A stretch of 50,044 nt of DNA from Candidatus Scalinduaceae bacterium. Its GTDB lineage: Bacteria; Planctomycetota; Brocadiia; Brocadiales; Scalinduaceae. This document shows, one piece after another, positions 10,389 through 21,444 of the stretch. The notes under the pieces were generated by a model that was given only the letters and a program-made list of their open reading frames with translations, was not told the origin of the DNA and did no database searches. The translations under genes and the position numbers were made by a program. The stretch's first letter is position 1; the number at the start of each line of letters is the position of its first letter. The stretch is from contig JBHICG010000020.1 in the NCBI GenBank assembly GCA_046759445.1, forward strand, positions 1 to 50,044. The letters run 5' to 3'.

Positions 10389-11432
10389 CTACTTTACAAA
10401 GAAGTCTCTTACTGCCGATGAGATGCCAGGTCCGAATTTTGCGCCTTTGTCTATAAATTGTCTTTTTTCTTCAAACCACTTTATTGTATTTAGCAATCCA
10501 GTTTTAAAATCTGTACTTGGCTCATAGCCAATTATGTTATTTGCTTTATCTACTGACGCAAGCAACCTACTCTTGGTGTCCCACTTTCTACGTTCGGCAA
10601 AAGCTACACCACCTGTATTTCCTACAATATCATTAATCATATTAGCTAAATCTATTATCTTTGTCTCCACACCTGATGCCAAATTCATAGCCTCACCAAC
10701 AGCCTCCTGAAAATATCCTGCCCTTAACAGTCCATCTACAATGTCCTCTACATAGGTAAAATCCCTGGTCTCCTCTCCGGTGCCCGTAATAGGTAAGGTT
10801 TTGTTTTGCATAGCCCAAAATATAAAATTGGGAATGACATTACGGTACTGGCCTGGTATCTCTCCAGGACCATATGAATTGAAAAATCTTGCCCTGACAA
10901 TCTTTATACCATAATGGTCACTAAAGAAATTACAATAGAGTTCTCCTACCATTTTTGTTATCTGATATGGAGAGCTTAAGTGAATAGAGACGAAATCTTC
11001 TTTTAAGGGTAAAGGGGAATTACTTCCATAAATAGAGCACCCGGACGATGCATAAATAAACCGTTCTATTCCAGTCATGTGGGAATACTGTAACAACTTC
11101 AAGGTACCCAGCCCATTTACTAAAAGATCGTGTTCGGGATGATCTATTGAATTCTGATTTGCAAAGAGCGCTGCAAGATGAAAGACATACTCGGGCTCTT
11201 CAAAGAAAACCCTCTTTATGGTAACTTCATCTAAAACACTACCTTCAACATAAAGAACATTTGAAAGAGATGGCACATTCCATTTCTGTGCGGAGGATAG
11301 ATCATCAAGGACAATTACCCTCTTTGCTCCGATCTCAGCTAATTTCCTCGTCAGATTGCTTCCTATCGCTCCTGCACCCCCGGTTACCAATATAACTCTG
11401 TCTTTATAAAACTCAAGATAATCCTTCATCAA
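10389..11432 (-). CDS. NAD-dependent nucleotide-sugar epimerase/dehydratase
   Basis: TGGAGAIG, YQITK (YxxxK), FFNSYGPGE, RDFTYVED. Confidence 0.9.
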   Translation of the reverse strand: MMKDYLEFYKDRVILVTGGAGAIGSNLTRKLAEIGAKRVIVLDDLSSAQKWNVPSLSNVLYVEGSVLDEVTIKRVFFEEPEYVFHLAALFANQNSIDHPEHDLLVNGLGTLKLLQYSHMTGIERFIYASSGCSIYGSNSPLPLKEDFVSIHLSSPYQITKMVGELYCNFFSDHYGIKIVRARFFNSYGPGEIPGQYRNVIPNFIFWAMQNKTLPITGTGEETRDFTYVEDIVDGLLRAGYFQEAVGEAMNLASGVETKIIDLANMINDIVGNTGGVAFAERRKWDTKSRLLASVDKANNIIGYEPSTDFKTGLLNTIKWFEEKRQFIDKGAKFGPGISSAVRDFFVK

Positions 11433-12656
11433 TCAAATCTCCTCTTTAAAGAATCCTTCTAATTTGTCAATACACACTTTTTTTTCAAAATGTTCTGAAA
11501 CATAATTGAATCCATTTACCCCATACTGCTTTAATTTGTCCCTTTCATTGTATATATTCATAATTGTTTGAGTTATTCTATCATGACTATCCGAAACTGC
11601 AGAATAACCACATTTAGCATCACGGATGATCGCATGACCATCACTTTCTTTGTTTAAAAAAGCAACCACGGGGATGGAAGCAGCCATGTATCCCAAAATT
11701 TTTCCGGGGATAACAGGTGTTTTATTTTTACTACTTAAACATACCAAACCAACGTCTGCTTCTTTAACAAGACCCGGATACTCTTCCTTAGATATAAATG
11801 GCTTAAAAACAACATTACTCAATGTATAACTTTCAGCCATCTTTGCTAATTTATCCTTCTCTGATCCGTCCCCAACAAGCAAAAAACATATATCTGATAT
11901 TTCCCTGAGTTCTTTAGCTGCTTTAACAATCAAATCAAGCCCTTGAGATGGACCAATAACGCCGGCAAATAAGAAAATAAATTTATCATTAAGTCCATAT
12001 CTTTCTCTGAATATATTAGTTTTTTTTACATTGACATAGGGAACTGTATCTATCCAGTTATGCAAAACTTTCAATTTGCCGTCTAAAAACGGTTTTCTCT
12101 CTTTCATAAATTCCTGATTACCAACTGAGTGGACGATGATTCTGTCCGCAGTTTGATAAGCATTATTCTCAATGCGTTCAAAATAATTTATCAAAACACG
12201 ACTTTTCATTGAGCCAAGATCAATGGCATTTTGTGGAAAGATATCCTGCACATTTAAGATGAACCTGGCTCCAAATTTCTTTTTGAGTCTTTTTCCTACA
12301 TGGGCAAGTGTTAATGGAGGGCTGTAGACAATCACTATATCAAATTTCTTCTTTATGTATTTTTTCAACTTTGATTCGAATATGTAAGGCAAGGTTAGTT
12401 GAGAAATACCGCGCATTAAGAAGTTTACTTTATGATGCGATAGGGTTTTCACCCTGAGAACTTCTATCTCATTTTCAACAGAAAATTCATCAAAACTTTT
12501 ACCATTTTCCTCTAAGGTAAGATTATATTTTGGATAGCAAGTAACAACCGTTATCTTGTGACCACGGTCTCTTAGTTCCTCTGCGAGTTCTTGCATCAGA
12601 TGTGACGCGGAACGGATTTCAGGAGGAAAAGAATCAGTAACAAGGAGAATATTCAT
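11433..12656 (-). CDS. Glycosyltransferase family 4 (WbuB-like)
   Basis: DSFPPE, SPPL, NVQDIFPQ, AGVIGPSQGL, PGKILGYMA. Confidence 0.88.
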   Translation of the reverse strand: MNILLVTDSFPPEIRSASHLMQELAEELRDRGHKITVVTCYPKYNLTLEENGKSFDEFSVENEIEVLRVKTLSHHKVNFLMRGISQLTLPYIFESKLKKYIKKKFDIVIVYSPPLTLAHVGKRLKKKFGARFILNVQDIFPQNAIDLGSMKSRVLINYFERIENNAYQTADRIIVHSVGNQEFMKERKPFLDGKLKVLHNWIDTVPYVNVKKTNIFRERYGLNDKFIFLFAGVIGPSQGLDLIVKAAKELREISDICFLLVGDGSEKDKLAKMAESYTLSNVVFKPFISKEEYPGLVKEADVGLVCLSSKNKTPVIPGKILGYMAASIPVVAFLNKESDGHAIIRDAKCGYSAVSDSHDRITQTIMNIYNERDKLKQYGVNGFNYVSEHFEKKVCIDKLEGFFKEEI

Positions 12657-12779
12657 TTGCTACATAGAAGCCAGAAACAAGACATAAGATACCAAATACT
12701 ATCGTTTATTTTATTTGTCAAATAACCAAAATTCTAATTTCAAAACAAAAGAATATAGCTTCGCAAATTGATTAATGAA

Positions 12780-12810
12780 GTAGGGTGGGTTAAGCGACAG
12801 TGAACCCACC
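12780..12810. repeat. GTAG-type REP palindrome (possible terminator)
   Basis: GTAG-GGTGGGTT...AACCCACC followed by a T-tract on +. Related to the pair at 49448-49531. Confidence 0.6.
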
Positions 12811-12821
12811 TTTTTCTTTTA

Positions 12822-15062
12822 CTAATCACTATGTGAGCTTAAATCACTTGATTTAAGCTCTATATTTTTCTGTTTCCCACTATCCAGGGATTCGTTTATC
12901 TTAAAAACAGTAAGGGTTGAATAAAATATTTCGTCAAAGAGGAGTTCCTGGTCAGACTTACCTTTTATCACTTCAGAAAAATGCTGTAATTCCTCCTTAT
13001 ATCCTATTTCCTGGTTTGACGTCTTAAAGGACTTCTTCTTCCCTTCAAAATAAAAATCAGTTCTTCTGTAGTCATTAATTACGATTGTCTTACCCTCACA
13101 AAAGACCTCAACCTGCTCTCTTGAAAACGCCTTGTCTCCGGAGGCAGAATAAACTATATTACCTACTGAGCCATCTGCAAATTTTAAGGCTATTACCAGA
13201 TTATCACTATTTAATGAAGTTCTATTGTTTGCAGAAATTCTCTCCGCATATACCCTTATCGGGTTACTGCCAGTCAAACACTGCATCATGTCCACAAAAT
13301 GACATATCTCGCCAATCACTCTGCTACCACCCTCTTCCTCAGAATGAACCCAGTGATCAAGTGAGACAAAACCAGCATTAATCCTGTAATTGATAACCAT
13401 TGGTTCCTGTCGACCGTCTAAATGTTTACGTGCATTTATGGTATGGGGAGAAAATCTCCTATTGTAGCCAACCATTAGAGATATTGCGAATTGCGGATTG
13501 CAGATTGCAGAATTATAAACCTCATTGATTTCTTTAAGTTCTTCTTCATTGATACACAAGGGTTTTTCAACAAAGACGTGCTTGCCGACTCTTAAGGCCT
13601 CCATAACCATCTTGGCATGCATACTATGGGGCGTAAGTATAATCACAGAATTTATATCTCGACTCTCAAGGACTTCTTTATAGTCCGTCGTGCATTTATT
13701 AAAACCATACTTCCTGGCTGCATGATAAGTATTTACACTTGAAGATGTAGCAATCGTATCTAAATCAATACCATGTAATTTTTTTAAGGTGGGAAGCAAT
13801 AGTGCCTTTCCAAACAGACCAGCGCCTATGACGCCAAGGGAAATCCTGGAGTTGATAGGTGATAGGTCACGGGTAATAGGTTTTTGGACTTTTATAATCC
13901 TATTACCACCTTCCCCGGTTATCTCAAAACTCTCGGACCGATCTGGATATTCAAGTACTACGCCAATATACGAACCCCCTTTATTATCCAGCATATCTTT
14001 GTAAACGGTCTCTGCCTGCTCAATCTTAAATCTATGGGAAATCATTGGCTTAACATTTATCCTGCCTTCGGCTTTGAGCCTCAAAAATTCCTCGAGATTT
14101 CTATTCTCTGTCCATCTCATGTATCCAAAGGGATAATCAATCCCCTTATTCTCATAAAAAGGGTCAAGTGTGCCGGGGCCTCCCCCCTTTGAGACAATTA
14201 TCTCCACCTCTTTATGCCACATCTCGTTCCTGTGTGGGTGAATGTCAGCCACACCAACTATTACTACCCTGCCCCCATATTTTACAACGTCAACAGCGGT
14301 GTTTACGGGGGCATCGCTTTTTGTTGCTGCAGTTATTATTACCGCATCAGCGCCATAGCCATCGGTTGCCCGTTCAATACAATTTATAAAGTCATCCTCT
14401 GACGTGAAAACACAGTCTGCTCCCAGTGTCTTTGCTATGTCAACTTTCTTTTGGTCAATATCCGTTCCTATAATCTTGTATCCATAAGCCTTTAATATTT
14501 GAACCGACAATAACCCTAAGAGTCCAAGACCGATTACGGCTACTGACTCGCCAGATGTGAGCTTTGCGCATCTAATCCCATGCATCGCAATAATACCAAG
14601 CATCCCGAATGAGGCCTCTTCAAATGTTAGGTTGTCCTTCATCTTGCAACACATATTCTCTGGGACTGTAATATACTCTGCATGGGATGCATAACCAGCT
14701 CCAATGCAGGATACCCTGTCTCCTGGAGAGAATTTGTGGATATTGTCACCAACCTCAACAACAATCCCTGCAGAGCTGTAACCAAGCGGCGTGGGACTGT
14801 CGAGTATTCCAATGGCCTCCTTGAAGGTTTTGACAAAACCTTCTTTTTTTGCCCTTTCCATGAACCTCTTAACAAGGTCCGGTCGAGTTCTGGCCTTCCC
14901 CAAAAGGCTCTTTTGGCCAAGCTCAATAACTGACCTCTCAGTGCCGATGCTTACAAGTGAGGCAATGTTTTTTACTAAAATCTTGTTAGAAGGACAGAGA
15001 GGAACAGGAACTTCTGCCAGTTCCAGTGTGCCTGTGCGGTAGTTTTGGATAACCTGTTTCAT
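12822..15062 (-). CDS. Bi-domain oxidoreductase (MDR/Zn-ADH-like plus Gfo/Idh/MocA)
   Basis: N-half LGYSSAG, HAEY, GLGLLG; C-half GAGLFG, HVFVEKP, VGYNRRFS, GEICHFVD. Typical of nucleotide-sugar loci. Confidence 0.88.
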   Translation of the reverse strand: MKQVIQNYRTGTLELAEVPVPLCPSNKILVKNIASLVSIGTERSVIELGQKSLLGKARTRPDLVKRFMERAKKEGFVKTFKEAIGILDSPTPLGYSSAGIVVEVGDNIHKFSPGDRVSCIGAGYASHAEYITVPENMCCKMKDNLTFEEASFGMLGIIAMHGIRCAKLTSGESVAVIGLGLLGLLSVQILKAYGYKIIGTDIDQKKVDIAKTLGADCVFTSEDDFINCIERATDGYGADAVIITAATKSDAPVNTAVDVVKYGGRVVIVGVADIHPHRNEMWHKEVEIIVSKGGGPGTLDPFYENKGIDYPFGYMRWTENRNLEEFLRLKAEGRINVKPMISHRFKIEQAETVYKDMLDNKGGSYIGVVLEYPDRSESFEITGEGGNRIIKVQKPITRDLSPINSRISLGVIGAGLFGKALLLPTLKKLHGIDLDTIATSSSVNTYHAARKYGFNKCTTDYKEVLESRDINSVIILTPHSMHAKMVMEALRVGKHVFVEKPLCINEEELKEINEVYNSAICNPQFAISLMVGYNRRFSPHTINARKHLDGRQEPMVINYRINAGFVSLDHWVHSEEEGGSRVIGEICHFVDMMQCLTGSNPIRVYAERISANNRTSLNSDNLVIALKFADGSVGNIVYSASGDKAFSREQVEVFCEGKTIVINDYRRTDFYFEGKKKSFKTSNQEIGYKEELQHFSEVIKGKSDQELLFDEIFYSTLTVFKINESLDSGKQKNIELKSSDLSSHSD

Positions 15063-15088
15063 AATGCTAACGGTTTATAATTAAGGTG

Positions 15089-16540
15089 TTAAGCATTGCC
15101 TCGTAAATACTTCATTGCGAATTTTCGCAGTAGTCTTCTCAATCCCAGGGTATCTGATTTTGTGTCCAATACGGCCAAAATAGGCTTTCTTAATAAAAAT
15201 ATGATTTTAAGTAATAGTTTCTCAAGAAACAATGGCATTCTTATTTTCGAAAAAAGTAGCCGTGCGTAAAAGAACGATTGCATTAATTCAAAATATTTTT
15301 TCATTTCTTTGTGTGACATGAAAACTTCTTTTAGAGACGGCGCTTCTAAATAGCCTGATACAGATTCAAGGTCGTCTAACAGTAAGCCATAGTCTAAACA
15401 TAACTGATGTATCCTGCTTTTTGGATATGGGTAAAAATAAAAACATTTGCCAAAATCCGGTTGCAACTCCATGTTTAAATTAAGTGTGTCTTTTGCCATT
15501 TCAGTTGTTTCAAATGGCAGACCAACGATGTTGAAGGAGAAGCTCTTGATACCGTATTTCTTAGTTATCTCAAAGGCATCTTTTATTTTTCTATTTGAAT
15601 GTCTTCGGTTCAAGATATTTCTTCTTAGCCATTCGTTTCCACTTTCTACTCCGAAATCAATGGATATGCATCCGCCATGCTTAAGATCCTTTGCAACCTG
15701 TTCGCCCATGGTTTCAACCCTCGCGTTGCACAAGAACGGCAAATCAATTTCTTTTTTATATACCTCGCAAAATCCAGATAACCATTTCTTGTTTAATGTG
15801 AATGTGTCATCGGCAAAAATTATCTTCTTTGTTCCCGGGTATAAAGACAGGTTGTTTTTGATTACATTGATTGAACGCTCAATGGAAGGAAAACGTACAT
15901 AATCTCCCTTATTTGGATATATCTCGCGAAATGCGTGATTACAGCAATAGTGGCAATTATATGGACAGCCCCTCGATAACATCATTGGAAAGCACTGTCC
16001 ATTGTCAGAAATTATTTTGTCATAATCAAACAGTGTATAGTCTGGTAGAGGCAGGACTTCTACACCTTGCAAAGGGACTACAGCGTTCTTCCCTATTCCA
16101 TCATTTGTTCTAAAGCAGAAGCTGGGAGTGGCCAGGTAATCATCGCCATTATCTAACCTTCGACATAGTTCTCTTAAAGGGGCTTCACCCTCTCCAAGAC
16201 ATATTCCATCTATCTCAGGAAAATCCTTAAACACTTCCTCTTTAACCAAAGTACAATGCACCCCCCCCGCGACCGTTAACATCTCAGATAAGTCAGCTAT
16301 TTCTAGAAACCGCCGCACATGTTTTTTTTGGTTAGTGGTAAAGGACAGGCCAACTACATCCAGTTTTTCTTCTTCTAAGAACTTTATCGCTTTATCAAAG
16401 TCGTCTTCAAATATCAAATGGTGTAAATAAACTTTATGATTTTCGATCTTTAGTGTTCCGATAAGAGACGCAAGGCCATGATGAAAACTCGGATAATAAC
16501 CTGTATTGAGGTCAAAGTATATAAAAGTTATTCTTGCCAC
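15089..16540 (-). CDS. B12-binding domain radical SAM protein
   Basis: GGVHCT, GEGE, SRGCPYNCHYC (CxxxCxxC), ADDTF, GVESG, GLPFET. Confidence 0.88.
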   Translation of the reverse strand: MARITFIYFDLNTGYYPSFHHGLASLIGTLKIENHKVYLHHLIFEDDFDKAIKFLEEEKLDVVGLSFTTNQKKHVRRFLEIADLSEMLTVAGGVHCTLVKEEVFKDFPEIDGICLGEGEAPLRELCRRLDNGDDYLATPSFCFRTNDGIGKNAVVPLQGVEVLPLPDYTLFDYDKIISDNGQCFPMMLSRGCPYNCHYCCNHAFREIYPNKGDYVRFPSIERSINVIKNNLSLYPGTKKIIFADDTFTLNKKWLSGFCEVYKKEIDLPFLCNARVETMGEQVAKDLKHGGCISIDFGVESGNEWLRRNILNRRHSNRKIKDAFEITKKYGIKSFSFNIVGLPFETTEMAKDTLNLNMELQPDFGKCFYFYPYPKSRIHQLCLDYGLLLDDLESVSGYLEAPSLKEVFMSHKEMKKYFELMQSFFYARLLFSKIRMPLFLEKLLLKIIFLLRKPILAVLDTKSDTLGLRRLLRKFAMKYLRGNA

Positions 16541-16562
16541 TATAGTACCTTCTCGGACACAT

Positions 16563-17474
16563 TTAACGACTCTGCACCCTTGTGGTTGTAAGTGTTTCGG
16601 TGCTTGTTTCTCTCTTGATCTCTCCTATCCTTATGTCAACAAGTAGGGGGTACCAAAACCGCAGCAAAACCATGTAAATAAAACCCGCCTTCCCCTCTAA
16701 AAACCCGCCTCTTAAAATATAGCAGTAAAAGAAAGACATGAATGGCCTGAGAAACATTGGCAGGCATCGCCATACTTTTCTCTTAAGCAATCTTCTCTTT
16801 TCAAAGAATGTTGTCAAAGGGAAATCGGTTTGGCCATTAGCCATTTCTTCAAATTTCACAAGTTTGATATGTTCAAGGGCATCAAGGGTGGCATATCTGT
16901 TATGTCTTTCTATCCAGAAAGTTATGCCCCTTTTGTCTTCATGAATAATGTCATGTTGAAGCTGCAATGTATTTCCTTCAACAATAAAATGTTCATCTAC
17001 CAATCTTTCATTACATCTCGCAAATTTATATTTAAAAAGCCTTAATAACCACACTGGATAATAACCCCCGTGTTTAATCCACTTACCCATAAAGATAAAT
17101 TTTCTTTTGATATAAAATCCATTAACACCAGACGAAGTTTCAGGTATTATATTGCTTATCTCACTTTTTAACGCCTTTGAAGGTCTTTCATCAGCATCAA
17201 AAAAAAAGACCCATTCATTGGAAAAAGGAAGATTATCCAATGTCCAATTTCTTTGTTGAGGAAAGCCTTCAAATTTATTCTGATAAATTTTTTCAGTATA
17301 ACCTTTAGCGATTTCTAATGTCCTATCCGTTGAAAACGAATCAACAACAAAGATTTCATCCACCCAATCGTAAACACTTTTAAGACCATCCTCTATATTT
17401 TTCTCTTCGTTATAGGTCAATATTACAACCGAAATTGGGACCTTTTCTGCATTTATCATACTCTGACTAACCAA
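16563..17474 (-). CDS. Glycosyltransferase family 2 (KdtX/LgtF-like)
   Basis: VILTYNEE, VDSFSTD, QRNW, DADE. Confidence 0.88.
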   Translation of the reverse strand: MVSQSMINAEKVPISVVILTYNEEKNIEDGLKSVYDWVDEIFVVDSFSTDRTLEIAKGYTEKIYQNKFEGFPQQRNWTLDNLPFSNEWVFFFDADERPSKALKSEISNIIPETSSGVNGFYIKRKFIFMGKWIKHGGYYPVWLLRLFKYKFARCNERLVDEHFIVEGNTLQLQHDIIHEDKRGITFWIERHNRYATLDALEHIKLVKFEEMANGQTDFPLTTFFEKRRLLKRKVWRCLPMFLRPFMSFFYCYILRGGFLEGKAGFIYMVLLRFWYPLLVDIRIGEIKRETSTETLTTTRVQSR

Positions 17475-17560
17475 TGTCCATTCTCTCCTCTTCTGGCGTT
17501 CATACTTTCGTCGCTACTATAAAAATCAATTTATAAAATAGCCATTTCACATGATTAATA

Positions 17561-18289
17561 TCACATGTTTTGATTTTTTGTAAGCTTACCAAATATATTC
17601 GCTCGAATTCCAGACAAACTTTCAAAACGATTGACCGTCCCCTCGTACATAACACCCGACAAAAATGGAATAGAATGAAACATCAGATAGCTTGGTTCTG
17701 GTTCAACAAACCGTAACTCTATCTCTTGAAAGCCTGCGGATTTTGAGTGTTTTATTACATCCTTCTTAGAGTTTAATCTGTAGTAGGTTGGAAAGTGTTT
17801 GTGTGTCGCACCTGAAAGATTTCCTACTACTTTATTCGCTACAAACTTATGCACCCAGTGAGGCGTTAACCGACCAACGAGCGAAACATAATGATACTTG
17901 TTTGGCGCACGAAAGAAAAATGATGCGCCCGGCTTTAAAACCCTGTAAGCCTCGTTCAGAAAAATTTCTGGTTTCTCAATATGTTCCAAAACATAATCTG
18001 CCCATGCCATATCAAAGGTGTTATTTGGAAATGGCAATGTGTCGTTTTTAATAAGAACTGCCTCGTCCATGTCTTTATTATTTAAAACGATTGGATCAAT
18101 ATCAGCCCCAACAACCCTTTTCACTTCCCCCTTAAGAGACTTTATCTTGTCGGTGGATGTGGGGCCCGCTCCGATGTTTAATACAATAAAGTCTGATCTT
18201 ATTAAGGAACGTATCCAATCGTAGAATTTCAACGTTCCACTCCAGGAGCCATCCGGGTAATATTTTCTTAATAATTGAGAACTAATCAT
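17561..18289 (-). CDS. Class I SAM-dependent methyltransferase
   Basis: LNIGAG, LPFPNNTFD, VLEHI, RVLKPG. Confidence 0.85.
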   Translation of the reverse strand: MISSQLLRKYYPDGSWSGTLKFYDWIRSLIRSDFIVLNIGAGPTSTDKIKSLKGEVKRVVGADIDPIVLNNKDMDEAVLIKNDTLPFPNNTFDMAWADYVLEHIEKPEIFLNEAYRVLKPGASFFFRAPNKYHYVSLVGRLTPHWVHKFVANKVVGNLSGATHKHFPTYYRLNSKKDVIKHSKSAGFQEIELRFVEPEPSYLMFHSIPFLSGVMYEGTVNRFESLSGIRANIFGKLTKNQNM

Positions 18290-18378
18290 GCAATATGTTC
18301 CTGTGCCCCAACCTTACAATTATTCCTAATCAGATGAATATACTTCATATCTTATTCACTATCCATCTTGTCTCTATG

Positions 18379-19053
18379 TCACACATAACAAGAATCATTG
18401 GCGCTAAGATCCACTTTTTTGGCGAAAACAATCAAATTCGCCCCTAAAGATGGGAAAACATCACCCAAAAGTTCAAAAATCCTTCCAAATTTATTTCTTC
18501 TGGTCGAAAAAAGAATATGTGTCGAAGAGCATTTGAGAATCTTGAAGTTCTCCTTTTTTATTATACCCTGAAGTATTTCTTTTGTGTAGATATGATAATG
18601 GTAAGGTGCATAACCAAACCTCGGCATTTTTCCAAACAACAATTGCAATCTATTTACACTAAAAGCCAGGTTTGGAACTGTTATTACTATGAGCCCATCT
18701 AGCTTAAGAATTTTGTAACACCATTTAATGAATTTAGTTTCATCAAAGAGGTGTTCGATTACCTCTCCTGCAAAAATAACATCAAAAGCTCTGTCAAACT
18801 CGGGAAATTCCATGTTTAAGTCACTTTGTATAATGTTTACACCTGGTAAATTGCGAGGGTTTATATCGATTCCCCAGCATTCCGCTCCATCCTTACTTAA
18901 TAAATCTGCAATCCCCCCTTTTGCAATCCCACATTCCAAGATAGATATTCCACTCACGGTCCCAAAATACTCATAAATGAAATCCAGAACTTTCTTTACT
19001 CGTATTCGGTCTGGGACTTCAAAGGTATTAAAGGCTTTCTGTTTTTCATCCAT
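18379..19053 (-). CDS. Class I SAM-dependent methyltransferase
   Basis: LECGIAKG, FDVIFAGEVIEHL, ITVPN. Confidence 0.85.
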   Translation of the reverse strand: MDEKQKAFNTFEVPDRIRVKKVLDFIYEYFGTVSGISILECGIAKGGIADLLSKDGAECWGIDINPRNLPGVNIIQSDLNMEFPEFDRAFDVIFAGEVIEHLFDETKFIKWCYKILKLDGLIVITVPNLAFSVNRLQLLFGKMPRFGYAPYHYHIYTKEILQGIIKKENFKILKCSSTHILFSTRRNKFGRIFELLGDVFPSLGANLIVFAKKVDLSANDSCYV

Positions 19054-19121
19054 TTGTATTTCTCGCTTCTATTTTCAGCCAATATTTCTCATAAATAAAT
19101 TCACTTCTCATAACTAATCCC

Positions 19122-20249
19122 TTAGTCGCTTTTACCCTTTTTGCTTGATTCAAACCATTCCTTAATTAACTTCGCCCTTAATGACCCACGTTTTGACCGA
19201 TACAAATCCAAGTTGGTATAAAGTGTACATTTACGGCATATTTCAGGGAAATCCCCCTCCGCAAAGCGATATCTTAGCCTTTTGGTAGCTTCTGATGACC
19301 ACAACTCCAGAAAGTGTGATTCAAGTATATTGCCAATAATAAGTTCGCTTTGCGCATTGATGTCTCGGCAACCGCAAAGCCCTACCTTTCCATCCGCAAA
19401 AACTGTTGGCCCATCGTAGAGCAAGTAACACGGCTCTTTTTCAAGTATGCTCAAAGGTCTAATATGCATCCCGTCAAGCAGATCCTTCTGCCCAATCTCG
19501 CCCAGCCATGTATCAAAGTCTGTATTAAATTCTATCTCATGAGGGTATTCGCGTATGGCCTGATAATCAGGCAGTTCCAATGTTTTCTTCATAGACATGT
19601 TTGAACGAAAACTGATTTTAATACGAACAGGTCTCCCTGTATCGGCATTTATCTTCAACAATTGTGTTACGTTTTGATTGACTCTATGATATTCTTTGCT
19701 ACGGTAGATTGATTGATAAAGTTTTTCATCCCATGGCCCTGTACTTATATTTATGTCAGTAATACCTGATTGGAGCAATCCTTCTATTCCAACCTTATCA
19801 AGATTTATGCCATTTGTAATTGTTGTAATTTTCGTAATTTCTGACCGTGATCGTGCCACTTTAATACGTTCTATTAGTTTTGGATCGAGTAATGGGTCTC
19901 CAACACACGTATGTAGCCTAAGTTCTCCCCCCCCAATAGAGCAATAGTCGTCCAGGGCCTTGAAATAAACTGCATCTGACATAACTATCTTAGGACGGGT
20001 TTGAAACTTATAAGCACAAAAAATACACTTCGCATTACAAATATTCGTAGGTTCAATATGGAGATTCCAAGGCCGGACTTCAATATGCTGGAGATTTTGT
20101 AAAAATTCTAAATTAGAGACCCTATCAAGGTAATTAAAACGTTCCCTGAGCACCCGAATGACAGTCATCCAGAACTCAGGAGTGAGTACTTCTTTACGGC
20201 GATGGATTGCAAACAGAGTTATACGTTTGAAATTATTTCGTAGATTCAT
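19122..20249 (-). CDS. Radical SAM protein with SPASM/twitch domain
   Basis: CNAKCIFC, GDPLLD, C-terminal PC...DGKVGLCGC...IGN...CRKC. Confidence 0.85.
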   Translation of the reverse strand: MNLRNNFKRITLFAIHRRKEVLTPEFWMTVIRVLRERFNYLDRVSNLEFLQNLQHIEVRPWNLHIEPTNICNAKCIFCAYKFQTRPKIVMSDAVYFKALDDYCSIGGGELRLHTCVGDPLLDPKLIERIKVARSRSEITKITTITNGINLDKVGIEGLLQSGITDINISTGPWDEKLYQSIYRSKEYHRVNQNVTQLLKINADTGRPVRIKISFRSNMSMKKTLELPDYQAIREYPHEIEFNTDFDTWLGEIGQKDLLDGMHIRPLSILEKEPCYLLYDGPTVFADGKVGLCGCRDINAQSELIIGNILESHFLELWSSEATKRLRYRFAEGDFPEICRKCTLYTNLDLYRSKRGSLRAKLIKEWFESSKKGKSD

Positions 20250-20256
20250 AGGTTCC

Positions 20257-21444
20257 TTAACCCTTTACTATATTTTCATATGCCTTTGCCATCTGCTCAG
20301 CAATTTCGTCCAAATTAAATTGTTCCTTCACCAGCTTCAGACCATTTTCTCCCATTTCTTTACAGGTAACGGGATTATCTAATAGATTTGCCATTGCCTC
20401 GGCGAGTTGTTCTGCATCAGTTTCAATAACTCTCCCTGCCTTTGCTTCAGCAATCTCATTGTGTATTCCCACCTGATTGCTGATAATCACTGGAAGACCA
20501 CTAGCCATGGCTTCAATCACGGCCATTCCAAAGTTTTCTGAATAAGATGGAAGCACAAATATATCGCTCCCTGCAAAAGCCTCTAATTTTTCTTTACCTT
20601 TCAGCATTCCCGTAAAGGTTACTTGCTCTAAGACCCCTTCCTCTTCAAACCATCTCCTCACCTTCTTTTCGTATCCTTCTTCACCAAAACCTACGATTAA
20701 CAAATGTACATCTTTTCTCTGCCTTGCAAGTTTCCCATAAGCCTTCGATAGAATATCCAACCCCTTTTTCTGGTGAATTCTACTTAAAAAAAGAATCACT
20801 TTTTTGTCTTTCAATATTGGATAACACCTCTTTAGACTTTCCTTTGTGGGAAGGTCATTATATTCTGATAAATCTATTCCGTTGGGAATAATAATCGCCT
20901 GGTTATTCAAACCAAGAAATGAATGACACTTCTCCGCCTCATCCTCCGTAGTATAATGAATGACTGATGCACCTTTTAGGTCCCTCTTTGCAACAAGATA
21001 ATAATAAGGCAATTTCTTCCATGATTTCTTCATGATTGTATAGGGATACAGAGTTCCGCGTGTGGAAATAATATATGGCTTGTCATATTTCTTGCAATAG
21101 TAGGTAGCCGCAGTTGTTGGGTAGTTCCAAACGGATTGAATGTGTATAAGGTCAAACTTTTTCAAATCCCTCTTTAACGCTTTAGTCATCTGCCAGGAGA
21201 ACTGCCAGCCCATCCTCCCCAAAAACTCGAGAGACTTAATAAACCCAAAATATATAACCTTGACCCCATCAACGTTAACTTCTTCATTGATAGTCACTTC
21301 CCCATTTAAAGAAGAATTAGTGGCGTAAACGGTTACATCAACCCCCATTTTCACCAGAACCTTATTCAAACCATGCACGGAGAAAATAGGCCCTCCATGT
21401 CGAAAGGCAGGCCAATATCCTGGGCTCACACAAATAAGTTTCAT
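20257..21444 (-). CDS. Glycosyltransferase family 4
   Basis: GGP, IPNGID, LSRIHQKKG, PSYSENFGMAVIEAMA. Confidence 0.9.
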   Translation of the reverse strand: MKLICVSPGYWPAFRHGGPIFSVHGLNKVLVKMGVDVTVYATNSSLNGEVTINEEVNVDGVKVIYFGFIKSLEFLGRMGWQFSWQMTKALKRDLKKFDLIHIQSVWNYPTTAATYYCKKYDKPYIISTRGTLYPYTIMKKSWKKLPYYYLVAKRDLKGASVIHYTTEDEAEKCHSFLGLNNQAIIIPNGIDLSEYNDLPTKESLKRCYPILKDKKVILFLSRIHQKKGLDILSKAYGKLARQRKDVHLLIVGFGEEGYEKKVRRWFEEEGVLEQVTFTGMLKGKEKLEAFAGSDIFVLPSYSENFGMAVIEAMASGLPVIISNQVGIHNEIAEAKAGRVIETDAEQLAEAMANLLDNPVTCKEMGENGLKLVKEQFNLDEIAEQMAKAYENIVKG

